Translations under genes and position numbers: made by a program
The notes under the pieces: model-generated
Told to the model about the DNA's origin: nothing
The model's input: only the letters and a program-made list of their open reading frames with translations
The model's database searches: none
Part shown: piece by piece, positions 10,988 through 21,447 of the stretch
Numbering within the stretch: the first letter of the stretch is position 1
Layout: each line of letters starts with the position of its first letter
NCBI GenBank assembly: GCA_963755715.1
Contig: CAVWLW010000054.1
Coordinates: 128,001 to 192,000, forward strand
DNA length: 64,000 nucleotides
Direction of reading: 5' to 3'
Origin: an uncultured delta proteobacterium
GTDB lineage: Bacteria; Desulfobacterota; Binatia; UBA9968

Positions 10988-11279
10988 ATTTACTGCGCCA
11001 TGGCGACTCACCGACGTTTCAATGTGAGCCGGCGTTTCCTCACGACCTGACTCTGCATTATTTCGACGCACAGCGCCATAACACTCTAGGAGCCTCGCCG
11101 ACCTGCAGACCAGGGAAGGGCTTTAGTATAATCGTGGTTGGAATCAAGACCTGATCTTGGAGTTAGATCGGAGGGCTAGATTTCAGGTTCAGTTTAACTG
11201 TTTTGGGAACCTTCCCTAACTGCCGCAAGCTTGGGTTTCTTGAAAACTGCGGCGGCTGCCAAGGTGCAAACTACGGCCT

Positions 11280-14200
11280 CTAGGCCTTCATCCATTCAGC
11301 ACAGCGCGTAGCAAAATTCGCTAACAGTTCCTCTCTTTCCGCCGCCGGCACCCGAAGCTCTTCGGCCAAGTAGTTTATGATTTGGCTACCCTCGTTCAAT
11401 TCTAGAACACCGGGAAGTTGAGTGCGCGCATTCGATGAGCGTTGTCTCCAGTAATTCAGCTTCTCAGCCACATAGCCGACATTTGATCGAAGAAGTATTT
11501 TAATCCAGAGAAGCCAATCACCGCATAGCGTGTAGCCCGCGTCCAGTCCATCGATTGATCTTAGGACGCTCGCTCGAAGGAGAACCGCACTAGCATTTGG
11601 AATGGTGTTCTTTTTGGATAAGTAATCCTTGATCTCCACCCGCCCATTATTGATAAAGTTCTTTTTCCAACGCCAAGGATCTAGATCGTCTGTCCACTGA
11701 ACGGCGTCTCCAACGACTCTACTGCTCGGATCAATAAGATAAGATTGACAATAAACGAGACCGAGCGACTTATCGCTTTCAAGAATCGGCAACAATTTGC
11801 TCAAGAAATGGGGAGAAGCGCAATCATCCGACTCGGCAAACCATACGTATTCTCCGCGAGCGTTTTCTAAGCCTATCTGCCATTGTTTGAAGGCAGATCT
11901 GTTACCGGTTTCATTAAACAAGAACCGAAACATGGGATAGTGCGCATAGGTTTGGATGATTTCTCTACTGTTGTCTGTCGAAGCGTCATCCAATACGACT
12001 ACCTCAAGATCACGAAACGTCTGGTTTATGATTGAATCCAATCGCTGCCGAAGATACGGCGCATGATTATAGTTCGGGACTATAACTGAAACCTTTGGCG
12101 CAGACAGACCGCCGACCGATGAAATCGTGCGGCCGGGGCTTGATATTTGCTCGCTTCGGCGCTGCGCAAACTGATCGATGACACTAAAGATCTCCTCACC
12201 GCCGATCGCTACGTCATGATCAGCTCGGACTCTCTGCTGGGCCGTCGCCCCTCGTTGTATTAGTTCCTCCTGATGAGCACACAAGAAAACCACTTTTTCC
12301 GCCATTCCTCTGGTGTCTTCGAACGGAATAACATAGCCAGCATCGTTCTGGACAAAGTCCGGCATTCCGCCAACCTTATCAAAACAGACAATAGGCAAAC
12401 CGCAATCAGCCGCTTCCAAGCAGACGAGCGGAAAGGGATCTTCTCGTGAGGTCAAGAGAAATAGGTCACCGGCAGCAAAATAGCTCCGAGCATCTTGAAC
12501 TTCTCCAAGAAAAACCACCCGGTCTTGAAGACCGAGTTTTCGGACTTTGGTTTGAAGTTGCTCAAGTTCCCCCGTGTCGGTTCCGATCCAAAAGAAATAA
12601 GCGTCTTTCAGACCTAATCTGTTTGCCTGATCTGCCACCTCGATAAAGAGATCAGGGCCCTTTCGCCAATCGGTGGTGCCACATCCAAAGATGTTGAATC
12701 CCTCTTCCGGCAATTGTTTCTGTCTTCTGATAGCGATTCGAGTGAGAGGATTACGATTTTCTTCCCGGCACTTTATAAACTCATACACCGTTGTGATTCT
12801 TTCACGGGAAACACGGTGCACAATTTCTAGATTTCTCGCCACCGGCGGGGAAGCTGCAATAAAATGATCCGTTAGCCCAATCAGATGCTCAAGCTCCTCT
12901 TTTGAACACCACCTCTTTAGCGCATTTTCCAATTCATGCGCGTGGGTGATGACCGGGATTTGCAACTTGGAAAGGTGCGTGGCGATATCACCGGACACAA
13001 GCGTATTGATGTAGACAAGAGAGTTTGAGCTACCGCAGAAGCGAAGCAGCTTTTCCCTGATTCGTTCTCCGTTGAACGAAAACAACGAATCTAACTCCAA
13101 GACGGGACCGAGTTGATAAAAATTCGGCACCAGGGGTCCACCGTGCCTTAAGATGATCTTGGGGCGAATCCCCTTTTTGTCACGAAGCCATTCAATCAGA
13201 GTAATCAAGAGCCGCTGGGCTCCTGCGTTGGCCGCATCATGAGACACAAAAACGATTTCCAGCCCTGGGTTGTCGGACTTTGTGAATTCCTTTAAAGCAT
13301 TTGACGTTGCTTGAAGGTACGCATATCCGTATCTTCTGTCGGGCTCCAAGTAAGCGCCTTCACTCCATTCATTCCAAGCATTAATAAACACCAACCGCTT
13401 ATCCGGATCGGATTCCTTAGCGGCAAACCTGCAAGCTTGAGCTAGCCATTCCTGATACAGTGTAGGGGTTGAATTCTGGTAGGTCATACCCTTTCCGGGC
13501 TTCCTGGCCTCGTTATCCCACGAAGGGCAAACGCCTCTGAACAAAGTAAAGTCCGCGCGCGAGATCTTCTTCGCGGACTCAATCAAATAGGAGTAGTCAC
13601 AAATCACCCCTTGATAATTAGGGTTGACGATCTTCATCTGACCATTCAACACAGGCGCGCCCACTGCTAGCTCATGCGGAGGAAATTCGACAGTGGCATC
13701 GAATCCCAGCGGTCTTGGGTCTTCGGTTTCGGAGGCTTGGACGGCAACCAGATATAAACCCCCCAAACTGTTTCTTGCACAGTAGTCGCGCCACCTTTGG
13801 GCGCTCGCCTCTGGGTCAGGAAGCAAAGACGGCTTGTATATGACGAGCAATGGTCGGCCGTTGACTCTAATATATCGTCTATCACGAAACGCTGGTTCAA
13901 GACTCTGAATGAACGCGAGATCGTCTTCGGGCGAGTGGGCTTGAGCGATCAACACTTCGTGGTCCAAACCATCCCAGCGCCTTGTCCAGTGCTCGTTGGC
14001 CCAGCAGAGACAAAACCGAAAATCCAATTGAGGATTGTTGAGGAACTGCTTTAAAGGCAGATCAAGCAGGCGCTTGCCACCGAACCAGTAATAATGGAAG
14101 CAAAATCCAAAAAGGCCGTATTTCCGGGCAAGTCTTATCTGGCGCTCTTGAATCTCGGGAATACGGAGGTCATAGAAGCCAAGCTCGCCCGGCAAACGAG

Positions 14201-15161
14201 GTTGATAATGTCCGACGAACTGGGGAGTAGCCCTAGAGACATGCGTCCATTCGGTGAAACCCCGTCCCCACCACTCGTCGTTCTCGGGAATGGGATGAAA
14301 TTGGGGTAAATAAAATGCAATTAACTTAATGTCCGATTCGTCAATTTCACAGCCTTCTTTGCAGATGGAGACGTACTCGGGGCTTGGGCCCGCAGATCGC
14401 GCAAAGACTTCTGTAAGATACTGATCGACAACTGTTGTCGTGACACTCGAATCTGGAGACAACGACTCGGATTGAAACTGTCGGGTTGAGGCAGAAAGTT
14501 TCTTCGTTGTCGCTTGGTGACGAATTATCGGGGATGTCCTGGAAGCAATCTTCTTCACAAGCGCTAGGACTCCATGGGCCCTAAGGGCTTTCTTCCCGAC
14601 AGTAATAAGATTGGCAAGGGAGATACGAAACGAAACGGTCGGATCTCCCCAGATTGCCGCAGCGTGTTCAAGAGCTGTTCCGTCCGGAACATACGTAGAG
14701 AGAATAATGTTCGCCTGTCGGTTCGCGAGGCGACCTAGTCCTAGACGGAATTTGATCCACTTTGGATCGCGATTGAAGCGACTCGGACTGATAAACTTTT
14801 GGCGCGTGATCTTGATACCATCTCCGTCCTCAATCACCTCAACTTGGAATGCAATACGTTGATCGTATTTTCGTCGCGCATTAGGCATGAGCGCGATGTA
14901 GCTGATAAACTTTGCCCTGGCCGGGATATAGAGACGATATGCGGCTGAAGAAGGCTGGCTCATGCAGAGAACGTCTCTGGCCCTGCCCCGGACTGCTACC
15001 TCGGATATCCACCAGTTTTTTTGCTCAGTGCCAAGCTGCGTCTGAGAGACCGCACTTAAACCACTGAGAGGAATTGAGTGATATGCCTTCTGACGCCATG
15101 TTTTCCCAATTTTCGAAAGAGAAAAGATTTTCCGTCGCTTGACTTTCTCCCTGGCCCGCAT
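11280..15161 (-). CDS. Multidomain glycan protein: beta-sandwich + WbsX/GH99-like + GT4 + GT2
   Basis: IAFYLPQFHPIPENDEWWGRGFTEW...FINAWNEWSEGAYLEPD (WbsX); VSHDAANAGAQ, TSREDPFPLVCLEAA (GT4); SVIVPNYNHA, WFAESDD (GT2). Start at ATG 15161 avoids overlap with wzt. Confidence 0.85.
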   Translation of the reverse strand: MRAREKVKRRKIFSLSKIGKTWRQKAYHSIPLSGLSAVSQTQLGTEQKNWWISEVAVRGRARDVLCMSQPSSAAYRLYIPARAKFISYIALMPNARRKYDQRIAFQVEVIEDGDGIKITRQKFISPSRFNRDPKWIKFRLGLGRLANRQANIILSTYVPDGTALEHAAAIWGDPTVSFRISLANLITVGKKALRAHGVLALVKKIASRTSPIIRHQATTKKLSASTRQFQSESLSPDSSVTTTVVDQYLTEVFARSAGPSPEYVSICKEGCEIDESDIKLIAFYLPQFHPIPENDEWWGRGFTEWTHVSRATPQFVGHYQPRLPGELGFYDLRIPEIQERQIRLARKYGLFGFCFHYYWFGGKRLLDLPLKQFLNNPQLDFRFCLCWANEHWTRRWDGLDHEVLIAQAHSPEDDLAFIQSLEPAFRDRRYIRVNGRPLLVIYKPSLLPDPEASAQRWRDYCARNSLGGLYLVAVQASETEDPRPLGFDATVEFPPHELAVGAPVLNGQMKIVNPNYQGVICDYSYLIESAKKISRADFTLFRGVCPSWDNEARKPGKGMTYQNSTPTLYQEWLAQACRFAAKESDPDKRLVFINAWNEWSEGAYLEPDRRYGYAYLQATSNALKEFTKSDNPGLEIVFVSHDAANAGAQRLLITLIEWLRDKKGIRPKIILRHGGPLVPNFYQLGPVLELDSLFSFNGERIREKLLRFCGSSNSLVYINTLVSGDIATHLSKLQIPVITHAHELENALKRWCSKEELEHLIGLTDHFIAASPPVARNLEIVHRVSRERITTVYEFIKCREENRNPLTRIAIRRQKQLPEEGFNIFGCGTTDWRKGPDLFIEVADQANRLGLKDAYFFWIGTDTGELEQLQTKVRKLGLQDRVVFLGEVQDARSYFAAGDLFLLTSREDPFPLVCLEAADCGLPIVCFDKVGGMPDFVQNDAGYVIPFEDTRGMAEKVVFLCAHQEELIQRGATAQQRVRADHDVAIGGEEIFSVIDQFAQRRSEQISSPGRTISSVGGLSAPKVSVIVPNYNHAPYLRQRLDSIINQTFRDLEVVVLDDASTDNSREIIQTYAHYPMFRFLFNETGNRSAFKQWQIGLENARGEYVWFAESDDCASPHFLSKLLPILESDKSLGLVYCQSYLIDPSSRVVGDAVQWTDDLDPWRWKKNFINNGRVEIKDYLSKKNTIPNASAVLLRASVLRSIDGLDAGYTLCGDWLLWIKILLRSNVGYVAEKLNYWRQRSSNARTQLPGVLELNEGSQIINYLAEELRVPAAEREELLANFATRCAEWMKA

Positions 15162-15213
15162 AGATTTAAAAAATTTAAGAAAAGCCTTCACAGGACCACA
15201 ACGCCTGCGTCTA

Positions 15214-15960
15214 TTAGTGAAGGAGTTTGTGGTACTCGTCGAGAGCGACGCCGGGTTTGCCGACAAACTTCTGCTTGCCATGATCGAGAACGCAGACGCG
15301 GTCACATAACTTAGCGACTTGGCCTGCATCATGGGATACAAAGACGATCGTTTTACCTTGTGCCTTGAAGCGGTTCATTGTGTCCTGGCATTTTCTCTGG
15401 AATTCTTCGTCTCCAACCGCTAATACTTCGTCGACGATGAGGATACTAGGATTCAGGTTAATGGCGAGTGCAAAGCCCAGACGAGCATGCATACCGGAGG
15501 AGTAATTCTTCATGGTGGTATCCATGAAATCATCTAATTCCGAAAACTCGACGATGGCAGGATAAAGGGCCTCGATTTCCTTACGGCAAAGACCATGGAT
15601 CGAAGCGCCTAAAAAGATGTTTTCTCTTCCTGTTAGCTCTGGATGAAAGCCCACTCCAAGCTCGATCATGGCGCCAACGCGACTATTTTTCGGCATGCGG
15701 ACTTCGCCCGACGAGGGCGGATAAATCCCCGCGATTATTCTTAGCAGGGTACTCTTGCCGGAGCCATTCCTGCCGATGACGCCAAACGACTCGCCGGCCT
15801 GAATAGCTAACGTAATGTCCCGCAACGCCCAGAATGTTTCGACGTCCTCCCGGTAGCGTTTGTGAAACAATCCGATGAATTTCGACTTCAATGAATTGGA
15901 TCGGTTATGGCGAATGGTGAACGCCTTGGACAGATTGACGATATCGATGCTGTCCGACAT
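15214..15960 (-). CDS. wzt: Polysaccharide ABC exporter ATP-binding subunit (no C-terminal CBM)
   Basis: GRNGSGKST Walker A, YSSGMHARLGF, VDEVLAVGD. Confidence 0.92.
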   Translation of the reverse strand: MSDSIDIVNLSKAFTIRHNRSNSLKSKFIGLFHKRYREDVETFWALRDITLAIQAGESFGVIGRNGSGKSTLLRIIAGIYPPSSGEVRMPKNSRVGAMIELGVGFHPELTGRENIFLGASIHGLCRKEIEALYPAIVEFSELDDFMDTTMKNYSSGMHARLGFALAINLNPSILIVDEVLAVGDEEFQRKCQDTMNRFKAQGKTIVFVSHDAGQVAKLCDRVCVLDHGKQKFVGKPGVALDEYHKLLH

Positions 15961-15964
15961 TCGC

Positions 15965-16732
15965 CTAGACCTCCTCGGCAAATCTAGCCTTATAGGAGCG
16001 GTGCACTTTGTAACCGATCAGCAACGAGAATGCAGTGAGCAACATCAGGATCGTGAATCGAGAAAAGTCAGGTACAGCTTGACGATAAAGAATATCTTGG
16101 TAACTGAGAATAAAAAAAGACTGAGGGTTTAGGTAAATAGCCGATTGTAATGACTCCGGAATGTTTTTAACATCGTAGATGATCGGTGTAAGCCAAAAGA
16201 GCAACAACAGCGCGATCTCAATAAAATGACGCACGTCGCGATAAAAGACGGTTGCCGTCGAAATCACAAAGCTCAAACCAAGTGTAAAGAGCATGTGCAA
16301 AATAAGCAGTGGAAAAAACCACAGAGTTACCAAAGACATTGGCACCTGGAAAAAGAGTACAGTCATCGGCACGAATACGATTAATGCAAAACCGAACTGG
16401 GCCAGGTTAAAAAGGACCGTCGCAACTGGAAAAACCTCCATAGGTACGGCGACCTTTCTAATCAGGTTGCCATTTTCGAGGATCGATCCTGTGGACATCA
16501 TCATCGACTGGGCAAAAAAATTCCAAGGCAAAATACCGATCAGCAAAAAATAAGAAAAATTTACTATCGTCGTCTTGAGAATATGGCTAAAAACAAAGCT
16601 ATAGACCAGAATAAGCAGCAAGGGATTCGCGAGAGACCACAGAAACCCCAGTACAGAGTCTCGGTATTTAAGCTTTAAGTCCTTTACAACAAGATTTCTG
16701 ATCAGTTCTCGATATGCAAGGAGAGTACGCAT
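15965..16732 (-). CDS. wzm: Polysaccharide ABC exporter permease
   Basis: KDLKLKYRDSVLGFLWSLANPLL, YRDVRH, WLTPIIY; six TM segments. Confidence 0.92.
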   Translation of the reverse strand: MRTLLAYRELIRNLVVKDLKLKYRDSVLGFLWSLANPLLLILVYSFVFSHILKTTIVNFSYFLLIGILPWNFFAQSMMMSTGSILENGNLIRKVAVPMEVFPVATVLFNLAQFGFALIVFVPMTVLFFQVPMSLVTLWFFPLLILHMLFTLGLSFVISTATVFYRDVRHFIEIALLLLFWLTPIIYDVKNIPESLQSAIYLNPQSFFILSYQDILYRQAVPDFSRFTILMLLTAFSLLIGYKVHRSYKARFAEEV

Positions 16733-16751
16733 AGAGGAAATGTTTACCAGA

Positions 16752-16767
16752 GACTTTTATAAAAGTC
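16752..16767. promoter_or_regulatory. Perfect 16-bp palindrome upstream of wzm (candidate operator)
   Basis: GACTTTTATAAAAGTC is its own reverse complement and lies ~20 bp upstream of the wzm ATG. Confidence 0.5.
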
Positions 16768-16979
16768 ACAACAGTAACGAAAATGGGGCTTCCGCCCGGC
16801 AATAAACTGTAGATGTAAGATTTAATCGCTTTTATGATCACTCAACAGTTGGACTGTCTGAAGGGAGAGAAAATACCAGCACAGTCGCAGACTAGCCACT
16901 AGCCAGATGATTATCTTTTTTCAGCATGCTTGGCAACCTGTCCTGCAGCTTCGGTGACTCCTTTACGCCAATCGGCACG

Positions 16980-17618
16980 TTAGACCCGGGCTTCATATTC
17001 AAAAGAGTTCAGAAATCCCTCAATCACTGATGTACGCGGCACACCGGAGTTGAGCGCTCCAACCCACGCAGAAAACCCGCCAGGGTCGGGGTCGCGACGC
17101 AGCAGGTCGAAGTACAACAGGGACACATCCAGTCGGTTCTGACTCACACTTAGGCTCTGAAACTCCGCCGAGTCCAGAAAGCTTAAAGCCACCTGCGCAC
17201 GCGTCATCTGTCCGCTATTCAACGCGCCCACCCAAGCGTTGAGTCCCCCCGTGTCCGCCGAGCGCAGCAATACGTTCGCGTACATCTTGTCGACAAACTC
17301 CGCGTCGGTCAGATTGCTGCCGAACTTCGCCTTAAATTCACCCGAGTCTAAAAAAAACTGCACGATCTGTTCCCGCGACATCCCGTCCAATAACACCTCC
17401 AACCAAGCCCGAAAGCCGGCATGGTCGGGATCCCGAGTTAGAATCCCCAGATAGGTTCGCGCAATGAATTTCCCTCTAAAATAGAATTCCTCGGAACCCA
17501 TAAACCCCTCAATCAGGCTCGACCTCGGAAGCCCGTTGTTCAGCGCATTGACCCAGGCCGAGGTTTCTACAGACGCAGGCTCTCGATCCAGAAAATCCAA
17601 ATACTGCTGACGAACGAA
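16980..17618 (-). repeat. Shared C-terminal DUF4214-like module, copy 1 (639 bp)
   Basis: FVRQQYLDFLDREP...EYEARV*, near-identical to copies 2 and 3. Confidence 0.95.
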
Positions 17619-18873
17619 GATCGCGTTCTCGGTCGCGGAGTCACTGGACAAAACGAATACCTTGCCCAATCCGAAAGAGAGGATGTACAACAAGCCGTCG
17701 GGTCCAACTTTGAGATCCGTGATGCCGCCAAAGCCAATCCCTAAAATAATTTCTTGAAGCTCTGCGCTGCTGTCGGCCACCCGATCCGCGAGCCCCATAG
17801 TCGTAAAGTCAAGTCCATCACGCGTCGAATTGACTTTGAAATGATAGAGGTTGCCGTTATTGATGTCGCCGGCTAAGACGTCGTTCTGGTAATCGGCGCC
17901 CAAAAGCGGCGATCTCATGAAGACGATCGCCGTCAACCCTACCGGATTGAACCATGAAAATTTGGGGTCGGCATAGTGCGAGCCGGGAAATTGAACCAGA
18001 TCGCCGGTTCCTTCCGCGTCACGGCCAACAGGGCCCATAATCCGCTCCCAGCCGCTATTAAATCCGGGCAGGACTAGATTGATCTCATCGTACCTATCCG
18101 GACCGTTTTCGGTATCCCAAAGTTCTGCCGTGAGCGGATCGAAAGCCAGGCCAAAGCTATTGCGGACTCCGTACGCATAGTACTTTGCCAGCTGGCCTCC
18201 CTGAGAAAAGAACGGATTATCCATCGGAATACTACCGTCGTCGTTGATGCGGAAGAATTACCCCGGTGTCGTCCGGGCCGGCGCCGGCGGGAAAGTTTTG
18301 TAGCTGGCCGTCGCGGTTGAGATCGCCGATGACAATATAGAGCTTGCCGTCGGGACCGAAGGTCATCGCGCCGCCATTGTGATTCGGTCCCGGTGTAACC
18401 GGCAAACTGATAATCAGCGTTGGGTTGATTAAATTGCTGCCGTTCCAGGTGTAACGAACGACACGGTTGTCTAACGGTGAACCGTTATCACTGGCACTGC
18501 TGCTTTGCGTGTAATAAAGGTAGACAAAAAAGTTTGAAGCAAAGTTGGGGTGAAGTGCGACGCCCAGCAGCCCACGTTCTGAAGCGGTGTCTACAGCAAC
18601 ATCCAGTACTTCCCCGGCTTGCAATACGCCGTTGATAACACGTCTAACCCGCCCATCTCCCTTTTGCAGAATAAGAAGATCGCCCGGTCCGATAAACACC
18701 ATGGCTGTAGGCTGACTCAATCCACCCACAACCTCGTTTACCCGAAGCGATGGATCCGTTAGCGTTTGTGCATTGGAGACAGATATAAGAAGAAAACTAA
18801 AGACCCAAAGAATTGCGAGCTCGCATAATTTGAGCTCAACCCGCCCTCTTGAGTGAAACGACAGGAGTGCCAT
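16980..18873 (-). CDS. Secreted PQQ-dependent glucose/sorbosone dehydrogenase-like propeller + C-terminal DUF4214-like module (frameshift ~18250)
   Basis: SERGLLGVALHPNF, HNGGAMTFGPDGKLY, YAYGVRNSFGLAFDP, ENGPDRYDEIN; signal-peptide-like N-terminus; two ORFs join by deleting one base. Confidence 0.85.
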
Positions 18874-18884
18874 GGGATAGCAAT

Positions 18885-18913
18885 TTATAGAACGTCACGT
18901 GCGTAAGAATCAA
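18885..18913 (-). promoter_or_regulatory. Conserved promoter-like motif, copy A
   Basis: TTGATTC-N8-GTGACGTTCTATAA; same motif and spacing at 21185-21213. Confidence 0.6.
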
Positions 18914-19058
18914 CGTCGGTACTTCAGCGTCTTGACTGCGACCCCACGACCCTCACCGCGGGGTGGCTTATAACTTATTAAGAGGGAACCACTCCACGTC
19001 GCTCCATAGTGGCCAGCAGCGGAATCCCTTTCATCGTCCCACTCTCGGCGCGGAGCGT

Positions 19059-19697
19059 TTAGAATCGAGCCTGATATTCACTAGACATCAGAAATCCGTC
19101 AATCACCGATGCGAACGGCACACCGGAGTTGAGCGCTCCAACCCACGCAGAAAACCCGCCAGGGTCGGGGTCGCGACGCAGCAGGTCGAAGTACAACAGG
19201 GACACATCCAATCGGTTCTGGCTCACACTTAGGCTCTGAAACTCCACCGAGTCCAGAAAGCTTAAAGCCACCTGCGCGCGCGTTATCTGTCCGCTATTCA
19301 ACGCGCCCACCCAAGCGTTGAGTCCCCCCGTGTCCGCCGAGCGCAGCAATACGTTCGTGTACATCTTGTCGACAAACTGCGAGTTCGTCAAATTGCTGCC
19401 GAAGTTCGACTTAAATTCACCCGAGTCTAAAAAAAACTGCACGATCTGTTCACGGGACAACCCGTCCAGCAATACCTCCAACCAAGCCCGAAAGCCGGCA
19501 TACTCAGCATCGCGAGTTAGAATCCCCAGATAGGTTCGAGCAATGAATTTGCCTTTAAAGTAGAATTCCCCGGAATCCATAAACGCCTCAACCAAGCTCG
19601 AGCTCGGAAGCCCGTTGTTCAGCGCATTGACCCAGGCCGAGGTTTCTGCAGATCCAGGCTCCCGATCCAGAAAATCCAAATACTGCTGACGAACAAA
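19059..19697 (-). repeat. Shared C-terminal DUF4214-like module, copy 2 (639 bp)
   Basis: FVRQQYLDFLDREP...EYQARF*. Confidence 0.95.
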
Positions 19698-20681
19698 AAG
19701 ACTGTTATTAGAGAGTGGTAAGTTCTGCCACCCCAAATCCGCGAACACCTCTAACGCCAACCCTACGTCCTGGGTTGCACCTGTGTAAAATGGCTCCATG
19801 AGCTCATTTGGTGCAACGGCCGTATCAAAATGTGAAACAGAAGAGCCCGGTTGCTGAGGACTCGGCGCATACATTTGCACGTGGCCGCTTGCATCAACTC
19901 CAGCTGTCAAGTGACCGCTTGCCGCCAGTACATTCGAGCCGACCCAGTGGAGATTTCCGCTATTTCGGCTCGCACTGACCCTTTCCGCGTCGGTCATCTG
20001 AGGATACAGTTTACCGGTACTATGGTTTTCCAAATGGAGCGAAAAAACATCATTCAAACCTGCCAGTTTTGTCCCAGATGCAAGATCGACAAAAGATTGG
20101 AAACCGAGTCCGTGCCCAAGTTCGTGTAAAACGACGCTCACGAAGTCCAAGCTTCCCGCAGGCGGAGCGCCGTCGAGTCCGTAATACCAAACTAACGGGA
20201 ACGAACAGGTGGTGCCTATTGCGCTGTTGAAAGTTGCCCGAATATCGCTAGTCGCGGGATCGCTGTCTATGCCGGTCAGACTATTCGCTAGCGCCTGCGG
20301 GTACCATGTGTTTGGCAACGGTGCACCGGTAAAATCCCTGTGAACCGTCCTAGTGCCCGCCGCACCAAGAGTTGCAGATGTCGCTGAACACGTTAACGGA
20401 TCGAGATTCGCGTCGATTTTAATTTCAATAGGACTCGACAAAAGACTTGCCCAAATATTAGCTGCATATTGAAATGCAATGAGCCGTTGAGCGCCTAGTG
20501 TGGCTCCGCTATTACCGCCGGAAGTGGAAGCTGCATTTGGCGGATTTGGGTCGTTGAAACCTTCGTTCGGCCCATCAACATTGACGACCGTGATAACCGC
20601 TGAATGCGCAGTTTCCGCCGTTAGCAAATCTTGGACGTAAAAACTCGAGCTTATGAGCAAGCATACGAGAACTTGCCGCAT
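19059..20681 (-). CDS. Secreted zinc metallopeptidase-like protein + C-terminal DUF4214-like module
   Basis: Signal peptide, NEGFNDP, VVLHELGHGLGF (HExxHxxG), GSSVSHFD...ELMEP. Confidence 0.85.
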   Translation of the reverse strand: MRQVLVCLLISSSFYVQDLLTAETAHSAVITVVNVDGPNEGFNDPNPPNAASTSGGNSGATLGAQRLIAFQYAANIWASLLSSPIEIKIDANLDPLTCSATSATLGAAGTRTVHRDFTGAPLPNTWYPQALANSLTGIDSDPATSDIRATFNSAIGTTCSFPLVWYYGLDGAPPAGSLDFVSVVLHELGHGLGFQSFVDLASGTKLAGLNDVFSLHLENHSTGKLYPQMTDAERVSASRNSGNLHWVGSNVLAASGHLTAGVDASGHVQMYAPSPQQPGSSVSHFDTAVAPNELMEPFYTGATQDVGLALEVFADLGWQNLPLSNNSLFVRQQYLDFLDREPGSAETSAWVNALNNGLPSSSLVEAFMDSGEFYFKGKFIARTYLGILTRDAEYAGFRAWLEVLLDGLSREQIVQFFLDSGEFKSNFGSNLTNSQFVDKMYTNVLLRSADTGGLNAWVGALNSGQITRAQVALSFLDSVEFQSLSVSQNRLDVSLLYFDLLRRDPDPGGFSAWVGALNSGVPFASVIDGFLMSSEYQARF

Positions 20682-20689
20682 TATTTGAG

Positions 20690-21115
20690 CTACTTTTTGC
20701 CGCTCGAATCTGCTGTCGGAAGGTCGTGTCCAATCCGCACTTTACCGTCTGCATCGATGGTGGCCATCAATGGAGTAAGAAAGCGCTCGTCGAGATGGAT
20801 CATAACTCCGCCGCCGGGAACCGGACTTACTGTTTCTCGTAAGGGCGGCATCGCCAGAGTGTTGATCTGCGGTTGTTGGGTTTGACCAGTTGGCGCAGCC
20901 ATGGGAGGAACCGTAATTTGACCAGTCTGAGGATCGATATGCACGATCGTGGCTTGTCCGTCTGCTGACGGTTCAGTTGCTTGGATAGTTTCAATCCTCA
21001 AATTCCTTGTCTGTGACTCGGCATCAACCGGTCTTCCAATCCAACCAATACAGCCACTTAGAGAGGGTGCAAATAGCACCAGTACAAATCCAATTTGGAT
21101 TGATGTTTGTCGCAT
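20690..21115 (-). CDS. Small putative lipoprotein preceding the peptidase (post-PEP-CTERM-1-like motif)
   Basis: Lipobox LSGC; HIDPQTGQI...GGVMIHLDERF...ATIDADGKV; 8 bp upstream of the peptidase gene. Confidence 0.65.
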   Translation of the reverse strand: MRQTSIQIGFVLVLFAPSLSGCIGWIGRPVDAESQTRNLRIETIQATEPSADGQATIVHIDPQTGQITVPPMAAPTGQTQQPQINTLAMPPLRETVSPVPGGGVMIHLDERFLTPLMATIDADGKVRIGHDLPTADSSGKK

Positions 21116-21184
21116 CGAGGCTCCAATGCGGAAATTTATGATTCCACGATCAAATTTTTCCGTGGCACATCAAGCACACCCAAC

Positions 21185-21213
21185 TTATAGAACGTCACAT
21201 TCGCACGAATCAA
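21185..21213 (-). promoter_or_regulatory. Conserved promoter-like motif, copy B
   Basis: Matches 18885-18913 (14-nt exact block plus a GAATCAA block on the + strand). Confidence 0.6.
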
Positions 21214-21447
21214 GTCATTCCGGAAGACATCTGACGATCGAATCGCTTGATTCGTTTGCTGTTGTGGATCGGACTTGGTGAGGAAACGGCAGGAGGAAAT
21301 CGTAAAAAATTTGCGCGATGTCGTTGCTCCGTGAGTTGGTTGACTAATACTAGATCGCTGAATTTATCCGTTCACGGCTTTAATTTAGAAAACTCACGTC
21401 ATGCCGGCGCCGTGGCAGCCAGATGCTCCACAGGCGGCAACCGCCTA

